Shown piece after piece: positions 46,014-63,374 of a stretch of DNA of 64,000 nt. The translations under genes and the position numbers were made by a program. The stretch is from assembly GCA_001244265.2 (NCBI GenBank), contig CDLV01000007.1, positions 2,108,001 to 2,172,000 on the forward strand, in the 5' to 3' direction. Source of the DNA: Microbotryum violaceum. Lineage: Eukaryota. The notes beneath the pieces are model-generated. The model had not been told where the DNA came from. It did no database searches and saw nothing but the letters and a program-made list of their open reading frames with translations. Every line of letters starts with the position of its first letter. Position 1 is the first letter of the stretch.

Positions 46014-47690
46014 CCGGTCTTCCCATGCGATTCTGGCCAGATGCTCTGGCCGTCGCGACATTTGTTCTCAATCGTCAACCACATCCTCGTATTCAAGGAA
46101 AAACGGCAATCGAAGTTCTTCTCGGCAAGAAGCCTAGTCTTGCTCATCTTCAGCCATTCGGATCTACGGCGTTTGTCCACGTTCCCAAGGAGCGTCGCTC
46201 CAAGCTTGCACCTCGCTCCATTCAGGGAGTTTTCATCGGGTACTCCGGTGAATACAACTACCGTGTCTGGGTCCAATTGTCGAAACAGGTCTACGTTTTG
46301 TGTCACGTCACATTCCTTGAGACTCCTTCGGTTGTCACTTCGTCTCAAGATTGTGCGGACGCTTCTGATCCCGTTCATCATTCTCAACCTCCTCATCTTC
46401 CTCATCCTCCGCCAGATGTGTTGCCGTCTACACCAACTTCACCTGTTGTGGATCCAACTTTGCCGGATCCACAGCCTCCTCCGGTGGTTCCAATTGAAGT
46501 TGGTCAACAGGGGGGGTATCTTGCAGTCGTTCCTCGTAAGGATGACAACAATGACGACAACGATGGACTCGACGATGGACCTGATAACTATCATGACGCA
46601 GAAGAACCACTCGACGGTGAGGCGGAAGTCGCTCTCGCTCCTCGTGAAGGTTATGCCATCGTTCGCACTGGTCCAAATCCTGGCCAATTCGAGAATGTTG
46701 ATCCTTCCAACATCCTTCCTGCTGGTTCTCGTTATCGACCTCAACCTCCGGAAAATATACTTCCCATCATTTCGGCCATCATGGTTGATGTCTTGGATAC
46801 TCCACCCATGTTCCACGACAAGCTTTCCTATGATGCCTACTGTGCTGCCGTGTTTGCCGAAGAAGACATCGAGATACCCAAGACATTCAAGGAAGCCATG
46901 AAGTCACCCTATCGCAACCATTGGAGTGCGGCAATGGTCTCAGAACTTCTACAATTCGATCATCATGGAGTCTTTCAGGAAGTCAAGTGGCACGAAGGAA
47001 TTTGGGTACTCGGCACGATCTGGGTCTACAGTATCAAGCGCGATGCAAACAGCAAAATCATTCGTTTCAAAGCTCGTCTCGTTGCTCAAGGATTTGCTCA
47101 ACGCCCAGGCATTGACTACCATGACACCTACGCTCCTGTCGCTTGTTCTTCGAAGATTTTGTTCTTGATTGCTCTGGCTGCTGCTCAGGGCCTGTATCTC
47201 GAACAGTTCGATTTTGACTGCGCCTTTCTCAACGGCAAGATGACCAAGGATGTCTATGTTCGATACCCAAAAGGATGGAATCGTCCTCAATCCCCTGGCA
47301 AGTGCCTCAAGCTCGTGGGTTCCATTTATGTCACCAAACAGGCGCCCCGTGAATGGTATCAAGCCGTCAATGATCTCATGGTGTCTCGAGGCTTCATGAG
47401 GGCAACTGCCGATGCTTGCCTCTACATCAAGCATTCGGGCACTTCGTTTGCTATCATCACTCTCTATGTTGACGACGGTCTCATTGCGTCCAACAATCAG
47501 TCCTTCTTGGACTCCGAGCTCGGATCGCTTCACAAGGCCTTCCAGCTCAAGCGTCTCGGACCCGTCTCCTACTTCCTGGGCTTCGAAATTCATTGCACCA
47601 AAGATTACATCCTCGTTCACCAAAGCAAGTATGTCCGCACTATGCTCGAGAAGTTCGATTTTGCTTCTCCATCCAAGCGCCGTGCTGTCA

Positions 47691-50965
<3,275 letters not shown>

Positions 50966-52223
50966 CGTGCAGTCACGCCCATGGACGATCGCCCCTCGCT
51001 TCGAATTGATGCTATTCCGTTTGCCGATGTGTCATTGTACCAATTGGCTGTGGGTTCCCTGCAGTATGCGTCCACTCGATGTCGACCCGATATCGCGATT
51101 GCTGTTCGTGCCGTTGCTCAAAAGAACTCCTGTCCAACTGTCGACGATTGGGCTGCGGTCAAGCGTATATTTCGCTACCTCAACAGCACCATTGATTTGG
51201 GAATTCTTTATCGAAACAGTTCCACAACTCGATTGATGGTCTACTCCGATGCCTCGTTTGCGGATGACCCGGAATCTCGCAGATCGGTGGGAGCCTATGC
51301 ATCAATGCTCGCTGGCGGCGTTATCTCCTGGCAGTCGAAGCAACAATCTATGATCGCTACATCCACTACCGAAGCCGAAATTCTCTCTGCATCCTCAGCC
51401 ACTCGTGAAGCAATCTGGCTCCGTCGTTTAGCTGGTGATGTCGGCATTCCACAAGCACAGCCTACTATCATTCAAGAGGACAACGCCGCATGCATCCAGA
51501 TCGCCAAGGATCCGGTCGATCACATGCGAACCAAGCACTTTGACATTGCTCATTTGTTCGTTCGAGAACGGGTTGCTTCTGGCGAGGTCGAACTTGAATA
51601 CTGCCCTACCCACGTCAATGCCGCGGATATTATGATGAAGCCTTTGGGATTTCAACGCTTTGATCAACTTTGTGCGCTACTTGGAATGGTCTCGTTAGTC
51701 TCTTTGACCGGTGGGAGTGTTAGAAGTGGGGTCTGAGAGCCTAACTCATTGCTATTAGTCTTGGATAATACTTTATTCTGCGCGCGCGCCTATCTTTGTC
51801 TTTGCGTCTTGTTTTCCTTCTGGGTTCCTTCTCCACGCTATTCTCATCATCTCACTCGTGTATCTCGGAGCTGAGTCGTGGAGTACCTCTTAGTCCTTGT
51901 TGCAACAATTGGGAAAGCAGGTAGTAGATGCATTCCTTCCTTCATATTTTTCTCGCATCTTCCGGATGTCGTCAATGTCACGTGTCCGAAGCGGTCGCGC
52001 GGGATTTCGGTCCCGAGATCGAAGGGTCCGAGCACACGCGTTGGCGGCAGTCGGCAGTCGGCCACGCGCGCCGAGGCCTAGCGGAACATGCGAGGGACCT
52101 TCCACTTGACTCGCCGCCTCACCTCGTTGCTTTCGCTACAGCTCATTGTAGCGTCGCCATCGACTGTACAGGCCCCACGGCTCGCGTTCGTCCTCTTGCT
52201 CATGCACTTGACTCGGCGTCGCC

Positions 52224-54150
52224 ATGCCGCCGAAGAGAAGATACAAGTCCAAACCGTCGGTCTACAAATTGCAAGTCACCTTCTGTGCCTCCGAGTCGCG
52301 GTGTGCTACGGATGTTGAACGCTTGGCCCAACTAGGGTTCATCTCTTCGACCGCTTCAATGCCGATGACCGCCTTCTCATTTCGACTGGTCGAGCAGGCC
52401 CACGCGAGCTGGAAGGTCAGCCCCCGCGCTATCACCGGCTATGCGGACGGCCTCAAAGAGTATTACTCCCGTTGTGGGTGGGGTCGGGGTCACTATACGG
52501 GACATCCTTGGGTGAGTTTGGACGCCGCCATCGTCTCATGGGCACATGCTTAAGGCCTGCCTTCCGCGCATACAGGACAAAGACCTTCGGAAGCAACGCG
52601 ATCGACGAGTACCGCGCTCTCGAAACATGCGAGGAGGACAGTGGGGACCTTCTCGCAGGCACCGTCGATTTGTTCCAACAAGTGTCCCGCGTGCTTCGGG
52701 CCAACGTGACTTAATCAACCTTGTCACGACGTCACATTGGATTGCGTGCTTGCATACGACGACAACTTCCAGCAAACGCGTGAGAAAAACTCGAACCACG
52801 ACCAGATTGTTCCGGACACTTTCTTGGGTGAGGAAGAGGTTCAGGCGATGAAGGCCGAGGTTGAAGCTTCGGTGCGGCCGACCAAAAACGTGAGCAATGC
52901 CGCTTTTTGCATTTGCCTTAATGGGATCGCTTACCTCTACACCCACCCACCCTCGTAGGCGTGCACAGAGTCGTGGAAGGCTGCCGACGACGGAGCTGCT
53001 CCGACCACTCAGATCGTACTATGCGCTTGCCATCCTCAAGCACATCTCAGAGCCCCTTCCTGAAAACGCCAAGATCGGAGTCTTATACGACATTGCTTGT
53101 AACTTTAAGCACCATATTGAAAAGGTATGCTTCGATCACGACGCGTCCCTTCCTCCTTAGTCTCGTTGGCACAGACCAAATGTGCCTACTTTCTAATCAT
53201 TTGTCACCAGAGGCAGCTCCTGCCAAAGCTTTTCAAGCGACTGGAGTTCGCCACGAGCGTCTTCCATGCATACGCCCATATCTGGTCCTGCCAAGTCGAG
53301 TTCAACCCCTGCCTCATTCCGAACTTCGGGTTGACTGATGGAGAGGGCTGTGAGCGGGCTACGGTCGCTCATTCCGAGGAGTAGCAGCTGTGCGCGCCAA
53401 GGATCGAGTCGGTGAGGAGAAAGCGCGGATCGGCGCCGAGGTGCGGCAAGCTTTGGCTTGGATCGAAGACGAAAAGACTCGTAGCACTAGTCTCCAAACA
53501 CTTTGGAATAACATGTCGGGTAAGTTTCAATACAGCGTGCTCCATATCACCTCTTATGTCGCCCTGACATCTTTCAAACCATCCCAACAGATACCGTTCC
53601 TGAATCGATCGACCCAGCTGATGCCGAGTCCATATTCGGCACTGAAGATGTTGAAGAGATCCGAGACCGCGCGCTCATTAGACTGGATCGCCGGATGGAG
53701 CTTCTTCAGCTGCGCGAATGTTCTTGGTCCCAGAACGACCATTCCTTCAATGTTTGGCTCGACACTCGCGGGCAGTCAGAGGGCGATTCCGAGCCCATGC
53801 GTCCTGCACTGTCAGAATTTTGTGGTTTACATCAGCGATTGAACGCGACGGGAAGGATTGTCGAGAAAGCGAAACATCACCAGCTACCTGCACATAATCG
53901 ATCGGGAACACGCGTTCCTATGGAGACATCTGACCTCGACTCGGCGCGGCCTGCACCGCTGGCCCGTGACGTTCAGCAAGTGCGGGTCATTCAGGCGCAG
54001 ATGGATATGAGCGACGAGACTCAACTCGCAAAGGAGGTGGGGCCTTTCTCCGCATAACTCCTCGAGCAGGACGGTGAGATGGGCAGCTCTTCGGGTGAAA
54101 GCTACGGCGATGAATTCGCTGGTCAGGAAGACGAATACTTCTCGGGCGTT
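52224..54150 (+). pseudogene. KDZ transposase, degenerate, with introns and an internal deletion; ends approximate
   Basis: CxC-type segment (LAQLGF...AFSFRLVE), YDDNF, VLYDIACNF, FHAYAHIWSCQ and GLTDGEGCER are characteristic KDZ catalytic-region motifs. Confidence 0.88.
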
Positions 54151-57100
54151 TAGACCAGCTTCTGATGTAGATTGAATTAGTGGAGCAACTTAATGTTGAA
54201 ACAATGGACATGGTGGTTGCAAACTAAAGTCGTCTCAATTGCGGTAGGTGAGAGTAATAACACCGTCTTATAGGAAGAAATATTGTCAGACCTAATCTCT
54301 GGGCTGCGCCTGCCTTACTAGGCTCCCGCCGGGTGACTGGCCGGGTGACTTTTCAATCAAAGTGCATGCAACTGCTCGAGTACCTAGAATATCTTCCACG
54401 TGAAAATAGGTGATTGGGTTTGGTCAATATAGAGAATGTATCTCCTACCTTCGGACAGGGTTGAATAACAAAGTTGGCATGTGCGTATGGCTGGGCGGCT
54501 CTCTCTATGAGGATTCCCGCTCGAAGGATTCGACTTCCTGCCATGGCGCGTCAAAAGACCCTTTGCACCGATCCCGATCCCTGCTACTGAGACTTGCGCC
54601 TGTTTTAAGAAGAACTTGGTGTCAAGATCTCAAGCTCTAGTTTAGTTTATGCTTGACGGGGGCAGAAGTGCTGACAATTCATTTTAGTGCGGCGAATGCA
54701 AGAATTTTCTCTGCTTTGAGCACTCACTGTGGGGCCTGAGGATTGGCGGCCTACCTCATTGATGAGAAGGAGTGTTTTTTCAAGTAAGAGGTAGGTATGA
54801 GCGACCATCGATCATGTCTCGGAGTCAATTGAGGTTCTCGCTCCAAGAGCCTGTTACAAGCCTAAGCCTTCCATGTTTTCACCGAACCTATTATCGAGTT
54901 CGACCCACCTCTCATCAAGCACGTACTTTGTCGCTACTTCGCAAATTACGACTGATTACCTACGTGTTCCGCTCCGCTTGCGCGTTCAGAATTCAGGGGC
55001 TCAGATCAGTTTGCCTTCTTCTGGGAGCGCGCGCCGCTTGAAGTCAGCCGGCCGGGGTCGTCACCGTGGCCCAGCAGCTCTGATTGGCACTTTGGCGAAG
55101 ACCGAGCCCGGCCAGATGCAACCCTTGCCCGTCCACCTTAGTGCTAATAGATTATAAAAAGATGCTAAGATACACTGCAATTAGTGGAAGCGCGTTGCGA
55201 ATTCTGTTCATTCATTCTTTGCTCAAAGAGTCACTTCCGGAAAGCAGACGCTCCGTCTGGTCCACGGATCAGGGAACACTCCATTCTCACTGGGCAATTC
55301 AACTCTACATAGTACTTCGAGAACAACCCAGCAGAACAAGAAGGATAACGTTTGTGAGCAGGGTTACGTCCCTGGCACATCCCACGTCAACAAGGAGAGG
55401 TCGGTCTCGAGCGGCCCAGGGGAAGATTAGGTACGAAGGGCAACGAACAATCACCCTCTCCGCCTTTAGTCACCAAGAGCCGGATGCATATGAAGCAAAA
55501 CTATAAAAGAACGATTGTGGTGGCCTGTGTTGTCCAACGAATTCTGGCCCTTCAACAGCCAAGATCTCCGCACCGCATGCGCGTCGACGAGTCCGGCTGG
55601 CGCTGAAAGCTCGGCCATCGTCACCTCACTCGCTGTACTCGTCGGAGCTCGTGTTCCGAGTCCACCGGTCAGCATCGCTGTCGCCGCCTTCATCGCCGTC
55701 GGCCATTGCCTGGTCTGCACTTGACCCGATTACCTCTTCCTCCAGCCTGAAGCTCAGCTCGCCTGCACGCAGCAATGGGATGATCCGATCCAGGTCGTCC
55801 CAACAACTTGAGCTTGCTACTCGGGCTTCGGAAATCCGCTTTGCGAAGGAGCGCGCCGCGCTGAGCGATGATTCTGGCGTTGTCCCTGAGGGCCTTTACG
55901 TCATAGACGAACTTGGGCAATTATATCTTCACGCCGTCCAGCACGGAGCGTTGGCGCAGCGCGGACTCTGAAGACAGCGAGTCGGGTCAAAATTAGGCAT
56001 GTGTATGGAAGAGTAGGCAGGCTGCACTTCTTGTACTCACGGAACAGTTCCTTGAGGATGATGTTGTACCATTGGCATTTGGTCTCAACGTTTTTTGTCG
56101 GCCACGGGTGCGTTCCAAGCTGTGCGCAGACATTCACTGATACATCCCTCGCTCCTGATGCGCGGCCTCCCTCCTCGTCTTGGGAAACTTGTGCGGCCCG
56201 CAACTTTTGACGATCGCGAGCGGAAGGTGCAGTATTTGGCAAACCTGCCGCGTCACCCGTGCCGCCAGGATTGTTCCCTCCTTGTTCGACCATGCTTGCG
56301 ATGCTTGCGAGATTGATGCTTGCTGGCGGAGCTAGATATGGGCCATCGATGCGTCCATGATCGGGGAACTTTGGGACGGTAAACTGGTTGGTTGGAGGAA
56401 GCAGATCCCGGCGACGAATGATAGTTGTACGACGCAGGATTCGAGATGGCCGTTACGCCAGCGAAAGTGGACGCTGGATCGGGTGCACGACGGTGTAACG
56501 TCAGAACAGACCGATGCTATACGCGATCGACGCGACGGCCACCCACGGACCCGAACAGTCGTTATATGCGGACTGATAGGAAGTCCGAGGCAAGGTGCGC
56601 GACTCGTACCTAGAGGCAGCATATGAACCTACGTGTCAGATGTGATCGTGAGCCGGTAGTCCAGGCAGAGCACCCGTGTCGATCGGCGGCAAACATACTG
56701 CTGTTCATCGCCGGAGCGCAGAACGTTGGCTGCGATTCGGGAGGTGGTTAAGTTGATTGGATTGACTCATCATGATAGGAGCAGCAGAAGTATGATTGAC
56801 CCGGCGTTTCGAAGTGGGCGTTCGTTTCAGACTGTCGCAAGGTGACGGATGCTCATTGTATAGTTCGTTACTTCGAATACGTAGTAGGGGGCGCTTGGGC
56901 AAAGCAGAAGAGTCGTGACGCGTCGACGTCCCGGCCAGTCCCGGCCCCAATTGTTCCGCGCGACCCGTGCCGAATCACGTGTTCGAGGTAGAGCTCTTGT
57001 TCAGCTTGCAGAGGACAATAGTAACTCTCAAAAAATATGCAAAAATCCGAATGCACTATTATTCGCCGGCTGTGCCTTTGTTTACAGGTTTTCCACCGAG

Positions 57101-58753
57101 TTGTAGTGGGAGTGAACGTCTCGGTAGCTCGACATCGAGGTGGGCATACCTGAACTGGGCCAAGTCGGCACCCTGGGGTAGCAAGGCTGCACCCTGCCGG
57201 AGCAGTGGCTTGGAAGGCGCGTGAGGGGGTGCTGCGCGCACGCCTGTTGAGGCGTATTTTTTAGGTCTGCCCGAGGTGCCATTTTCGAGGCTGGGACCCC
57301 CCATTTCTTGAAACGAAACCTTCAGCTCTAACGAGCTTCAGGGATAGCACATTCCAGGGTCGCCATCAGGTACAAGCAAGTAGACCGGGTCTAGACCGGT
57401 ACCTAGTACCTACCTAGGTACTTAGTGACATCAGTGACAACGATTTCTGGGACCCCCTTGTCATTAATTGGTCACTAATTGGTCAGTAATGTCACCTATT
57501 AGTGACTCAGCCCTACGCCCAACCCGCCCGAGCGGGATTCCCAGGCGCGGCGATGCATATATGAGCTGCGGCCAGATTTGCTTCATCACGAATTCACTGT
57601 GCGCTCTCAAAGGTATGAAGTGGTGCTATTAATAAAGTACATGATAACACGAGAAGGAAACCGCAAGCAAAGCCTGGTACCTGCACTCCAAAAGGTCTGC
57701 ACGGGATTCCCGGTCGTCACGCGCCTGGTTTACAGACGGGGTACGCTCCGGCCTGAGACCCTACTCCCTCAAGGTCGTGGATATCCCTAAGCTCGAAACC
57801 CTCCACTCTTGGAGGGCTTAGTTGAGCTTAGGATATCCCGCACTCCGCCTGCGTTCGAGCAAACTCGCGGGAAGATCCCGCGGAAAGGGCTTGCGCGTGT
57901 AGCAGGCCCATGGTACGGTAGTACGCTATCGTATATTGTACGGCGCTACCCTCGCGCCAAAGACTCGGCGCGGTTGTCACGCAATTTCGATGAGAGTGGG
58001 AGGGAAAAGGCGGAAAACGGAGAGAGTAGAGCGGGAGTATGCCTGGAACCTCATGTTGTTATTGAGCCCCTAAAACCGGTATCGGGATGCCAGAAATACG
58101 TCACGTGATTGACGGGGCATCGCGCCGTCCGCGCGTCAACGACCGCGAGACCACGCCTGCGCTCTGTAGAAGAAATGACATGCAAACCCACGCGCTTGCT
58201 ATACATTAAATCATACACAAACTGCTCAATAGTTGCGCACCCTGCCAAAAATCAACAAAAACTGTCCTCGGGCTGTAGCTCGACTTTTATGGTGCAGAAA
58301 ATGCGGAAAGGGTCGTACATGACTTCTGATCGGGACGCCAATAGCACAGACAGGTGCGGCAGACGCAATACTGTACTGGTTGAACAAAACTAATAATACC
58401 ACAAATCAGCAACCTCTTTTTCACCAAATACAACTCAAAGTTATTTAAACCTACATTCACTATAGGAACACAGTCAAAAACAGCGATTTTAGGTACATGG
58501 TCGCGGATCGACACTTTTTTTTCACTAGTTAGGGTAATTACACGTCTCTCGTTCGGGAACAAGCGATGTCCAGCGACGCTTTCCTTTCCCGGGATGCGAG
58601 ACCTCTTTCACGTGGCGCCACCAGCCGCTAGCTGCGTAGCGCCTAGTACTTCTGCCAACGTGCCTCACGGATGGAGAAGATGGCCCACGCCTGTTCGGCT
58701 CTTGCGTACAGCTTGCGCCCCACCATTCATCGCCCCCGCACCATCCTCGCAAA

Positions 58754-60335
58754 ATGCCAGCCACGACCTCTGACCCATCCAAACCGCTGTGGTCACTCCC
58801 GATCCGTGATCGACCACCCCACGGCTCCCTCCTGCGCGGTCTGATCTGGGCCTCCCTCTTCAACCTCGGCATTCTGCTCACCCACGTCCTGCAACTGCTC
58901 CTCTCCCCACTCCTCTGGCATCCTCGAACACGGTCCACGTTCCACCGTTGGACCAAAGCGCCTTTCGGAAGGTTGTGTGTGTGGATTAATCAGGCGTTCG
59001 CGCCTACGTCGTTTGTGATCAGTCGGGGAGCGGATGAAGTTGGTGGTGATGGGGTCGAGGATATCGAACAATGGATCACGAGGGATAGCAGGGGTAGAGT
59101 TACGAAGTTGGACTTACCCAAAAGGGCTGTTTGGGTGAGTCTAAAATACAGAGAGTGGCACCGCTGGAACGCATGCCCTCCTGTTCTCGGCTCGGCTTGG
59201 CTCCAAGTGGGGCACCGCCGCTAGTGTGCCCAGTTCGACCCCACTAACTCATCCCCCATCGCTCCCTTCTCAACAGATCTCTAATCACCAAACCTTGTGC
59301 GACTGGATTTTTATCTGGGCCTTCACCTACCTCTCCGACCACTCCAACTCGGTCGTCATCACTCTCAAATCGTCCCTGCGCAAGATCCCCATCGTCGGCT
59401 GGGCCTGCCACTTCTACTCCTTCATCTTCCTCGACCGTAAATGGTTGACCGATCAGGAACCGTTCAAAAAACAACTCAAACTGACCGCGGATGATCTGAA
59501 GAATGGGTTGGGGGGAGATGGGGAGGAAAAGTTGGCGTTGTTGATCTTCCCGGAGGGGACGTTGGTCACGGGAAATACGAGGCCGATCTCGGCCAAGTTT
59601 GCGCAAAAGATGCAAAGTAACACTTCCTGGCACAGGTACCAATTTTTCTTCTGTCTGTGCCTGACTTGAATTCGCTTTATCCCCTTCTGCCCAGTCCAAG
59701 ATCTCACCCACGTACTCCTCCCTCGCTCCACCGGCCTCTTCTACGCCCTGCGCGAACTCTCCCCTCGCATCCCCGATCTCCATCTTGTGGACCTCACCAT
59801 CGCTTACCCCGGAACACACCTCCCCACACCCCAAGGTTTCAGCCCAACCTGGCCCGAAGATTTTTACTCCCTTGGAATCTGGTTCCATGGCGTTCCACCT
59901 CCTGCGATACACCTTCATATTCGCGTGTTCGAAGTGAGTAAGATCCCTTTAGGTGCTGCTGGGAAGGTGGAGGAAGAGGAAGAGAATCGGAAAAGATTTG
60001 ACGAGTGGCTGCGTGAGAGATGGGGTGAAAAGGACGAGTTGATGAAGAAGTTCGTCAAAGAAGGGTCCTTCACGGGTACGAAGGAAGAAGAGATGGGGAA
60101 GCGAACGAAGAGCGTCGAATGGCCCGTCGAAGTGAGATATTCCTTTTGGGAAATTCCCGGAGCATTTTCGTTCGGATTGCCCATCTTAGCTCTACTGGTA
60201 TTAACGGGCCTATGGAAGGGATGGTTCTCCGGTGGACGTCACGGGGAGTTGTTGGACAAGGTCTCGAGACCTTGTTGCGCTGAAGCGGCGAAGAAAGCAT
60301 TGGAGGCGAAGAAGGCGCTCAGCGGGGAGCTCTGA
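58754..60335 (+). CDS. Lysophospholipid acyltransferase (PlsC/LPLAT family), join(58754..59134,59277..59616,59695..60335), about 453 aa
   Basis: NHQTLCD (NHx4D), FIFLDRKW, IFPEGT and LLPRSTG motifs; two GT-AG introns with CTAAC/CTGAC branch points restore one frame. Confidence 0.92.
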
Positions 60336-60502
60336 AGAGGTGTGGTGTTTGTGGGTTTGTCGCTTCTTGAATTTTGGGAACCCTAAGCAAAATTTCAAGG
60401 GTATACCAGATTAGAAGGGTATTGTCAATCTACGCTTGTGCCTATCAAAATCGCCGAAAAAGTCCCACTCGGAACCGAAAAAGTCCCAAACAGAGAGCGC
60501 CT

Positions 60503-62424
60503 TCAATGATGCTCAACTGCGTCCATGGTACACAACGGAAGAGTGAGGTTCTTGAGTTGCTTGTTGCTGTCGAATAAGCCCCAGTAAGGCTCGAAACCAC
60601 CGAGGTAGGTTTTCCACTATGGGGATGAACGAGCGAGAAAGGGTGGTAAGGCTCAGCCTGGCTGCGCATGAGGCGGTGCAAACGAGGATGGATTTACAGG
60701 TTCGTCATAAGCCGAAGCGAAGAAATATTCTTTAAAGATGAAACCGGTCTAACTCAGCAGCATTTACCAATATATGCTGAACGGGAACTTTCACTCACTC
60801 ATCCGTTGTTGATTCGCCTGACACAGGAACCCATCCAACAAATTCTGCAAACCCTCCACGCCCGGAACCGCAGGCATATACGCCATCGCCGGGTTGACCA
60901 AAGGGAGTGCATCGGTCGGCCAACCAATTTGAGTGACGAAGGAAGCAAAGTGGGGGCGTCGAGGTAGTTGGGCCTCTATTTTGGGAAGAACTTGGGTATT
61001 GTAAGTTGAGGTGATCCAGGTGGAAGCTTGGAGGGAGGGGATGCCGCTGAACACCGGTTGCGTGTTGGCCATGATGACTGGTGGAGACAGGAAACAACGG
61101 AGGGGAAATCAATCATCAGGAGTGAGATAGAAGGTGAGGTTGAAAGGCCTACAATCGACACCAGCAACAAGTTGAGGCGAGATGGAGAAAGCGTCCTCGG
61201 CCGTCCCGACCGGGACAGTTCGAATCAAAGGAAGATCATTCAAGCGAGCTTTTAACTGTCCGGCGTTCAACACGTCAAAAGTCAGTGGTTTGAAGTCAAG
61301 CTCCATGAAAGAAAAAGAAAATGACCAACATCAGAGACATGGTTGGTGAGAATCTGCGTCGCTCGTTGTCGATTCGCGGAGTGGAGGACGTAGCTGTGCT
61401 CAGAAAGATGACAGCGAACGACGCGGGTCAGTTATATGGCGTGATGTAAACAGTCCGACCGCGATCGAGTACTCACTCATTTCCCACAACAATACCACGG
61501 ACACCATTACCACCAAAAGCTCGAATTGCGGCCCAAACGGTTTGTCTAAAGGAATCGATGGGGAGAACTTTAAAGGTCAGTTCCAACTGCTGCACAAGCT
61601 AGCCTCATCTTCACCGTTCGGTTTCACAGCGACTCACTTTTGTCGTTCAATCCGCGACTGATCTTGCCCAAGTCCGAATCCCAAATAGACTCCCATAAGA
61701 ACTCTGGTTTCTCTAATCGCCTGCAAGACCATCTGGGACTGATTACACGCCACATCGACCAACCTCAATCTCGTTGTCAATTGTGATAGCAGTTGCACGT
61801 CCTCGGTGACGTTCAATTGCGAGACGAGGCAATTGGGTTCTTGGGCTTGGTAAGGGGTGTAGGTGAGACCGTAGAAGGAACGGGTGAGGCGTCGGTCGGG
61901 CTCGAATTGAGAGGGGTCGGAAGGCTTTGAACGGACGACTTGGGCTGTGGCGGGGATGGGGATGAAGGGTGGGGCGGTCAGATTGGTGCCGTTGATCGGA
62001 GTACCAGAGTTGGAGCTAGCGTCGTCGGAGCGCGATCGGTTTGCGCGTGGACCACTTTTGGTGAAGTGGCAGCCGGCAATCCCACCCGCGATCGCACTGG
62101 GCAGAGAGACAAGCGGCAAAAAGTGGGAAGGGGCAAGAAGACCTCAGCTTCGGTTCCACTCTCCTAGCTCGACGTCACCGCACGATCATCCAACACATCG
62201 GGCACTCACCCAGCAATTAGGAAACTAACAATGACTACAACATACAAGGAACGACGATGCGCTTTCCTCTTTTGATTCTGCGCGGACCAAGGGTTCCTCT
62301 TCTCATCCGTCGGAGCCTGCATCTCGGCCTCCTTCACGATCGAGGAAGCATCGAGGCGACTGTAAGGCATCATATGGGAAGAATAGAGAGCCGAGAAAGG
62401 TCGGGGTGGACTGGGTGGGATCAT
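60503..62424 (-). CDS. Membrane-anchored glycoside hydrolase family 17 (beta-1,3-glucanase-like) protein, multi-exon
   Basis: N-terminal TM segment (LYVVVIVSFLIAG/AIAGGIAG), FYGLTYTP...DVQLLSQLTTRLRL...CNQ, MANTQP, GWPT, YFFASAYDEP, EPYWGLFD; GT-AG introns. Confidence 0.85.
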
Positions 62425-63374
62425 GGCGACGGCTCGAGGTGGTGATGGGTGTGAGAAGAGGGTTGTGGAGGGCGAATGATTGTTGAAGTCGATGAGGGAC
62501 CTGAATTCGCATTCACCCCCTGTCTTGTCGGAGTAGGCTGCCGATGCGACGTCATTACTTCGGTCCGAAGAGGGCATCTTGCTGGACGGTACTGTAATGG
62601 AGAGGACGCTCGCACGAGTTTCGTCGATTCAAGAATACTGATCCGAATGGATGAAAGGCGGCACTGAGATGACCCCAATATTTGTGAGGACCGAAGAAGA
62701 GTGAGGTGTCCAGATGGGGGTTATGTGGCAATAGCCCAAAATACTTCACAAGTGTCCCAGTGAGGAGAAGCCTGATCTCACATGGTGGAAGCTCTCCTCG
62801 GCTATCGGAACGTGCGTTGCAAGACATGCGCTTACGAATCTGAATCGAAGCCCTCGAAGAGGAAGAAGAGGAAGAAGAGGAAGATACCGTCATCATCGAC
62901 TTGGTGAGGGAATGTCGGGTTCATTCCGCCAAACACTCTGCCTCGAATGACGACCTTCCGAATTCCGAATCATTCTGGTGCCAAATCTGGATCCAAATGT
63001 ATGACAAGATTTCAATGCTGAATTCTCTCCCGAAGGGAAGATCCGTGTTCGACTTCTAGCGAAAATCCCGACCCCAACCGAGGCACTATCGAAGGAGACC
63101 GAAGCCTACGGAAGCAGCTTATTTTTTACATTATTTTGGACCAGAGAAAGTACTGATGGTGCCCAGGTTCCTTTTTTCAGCCCTTTTCCCGTTTTAGGTT
63201 CTAAAAAGGGAACCGGGGGTGAAAAAAGCTGATTCTCATCGATGGGAGACCGAAGACGTCGGCGCGCCCCACGAACTCCCACGAATTGCGGCTTGGACTC
63301 GTGCAAATCATTAATCACGAGCAGCGCGCCCAGTCCTTCGCCGACCTAGAAGACGAGCGAAGCAGCCCATCAGC

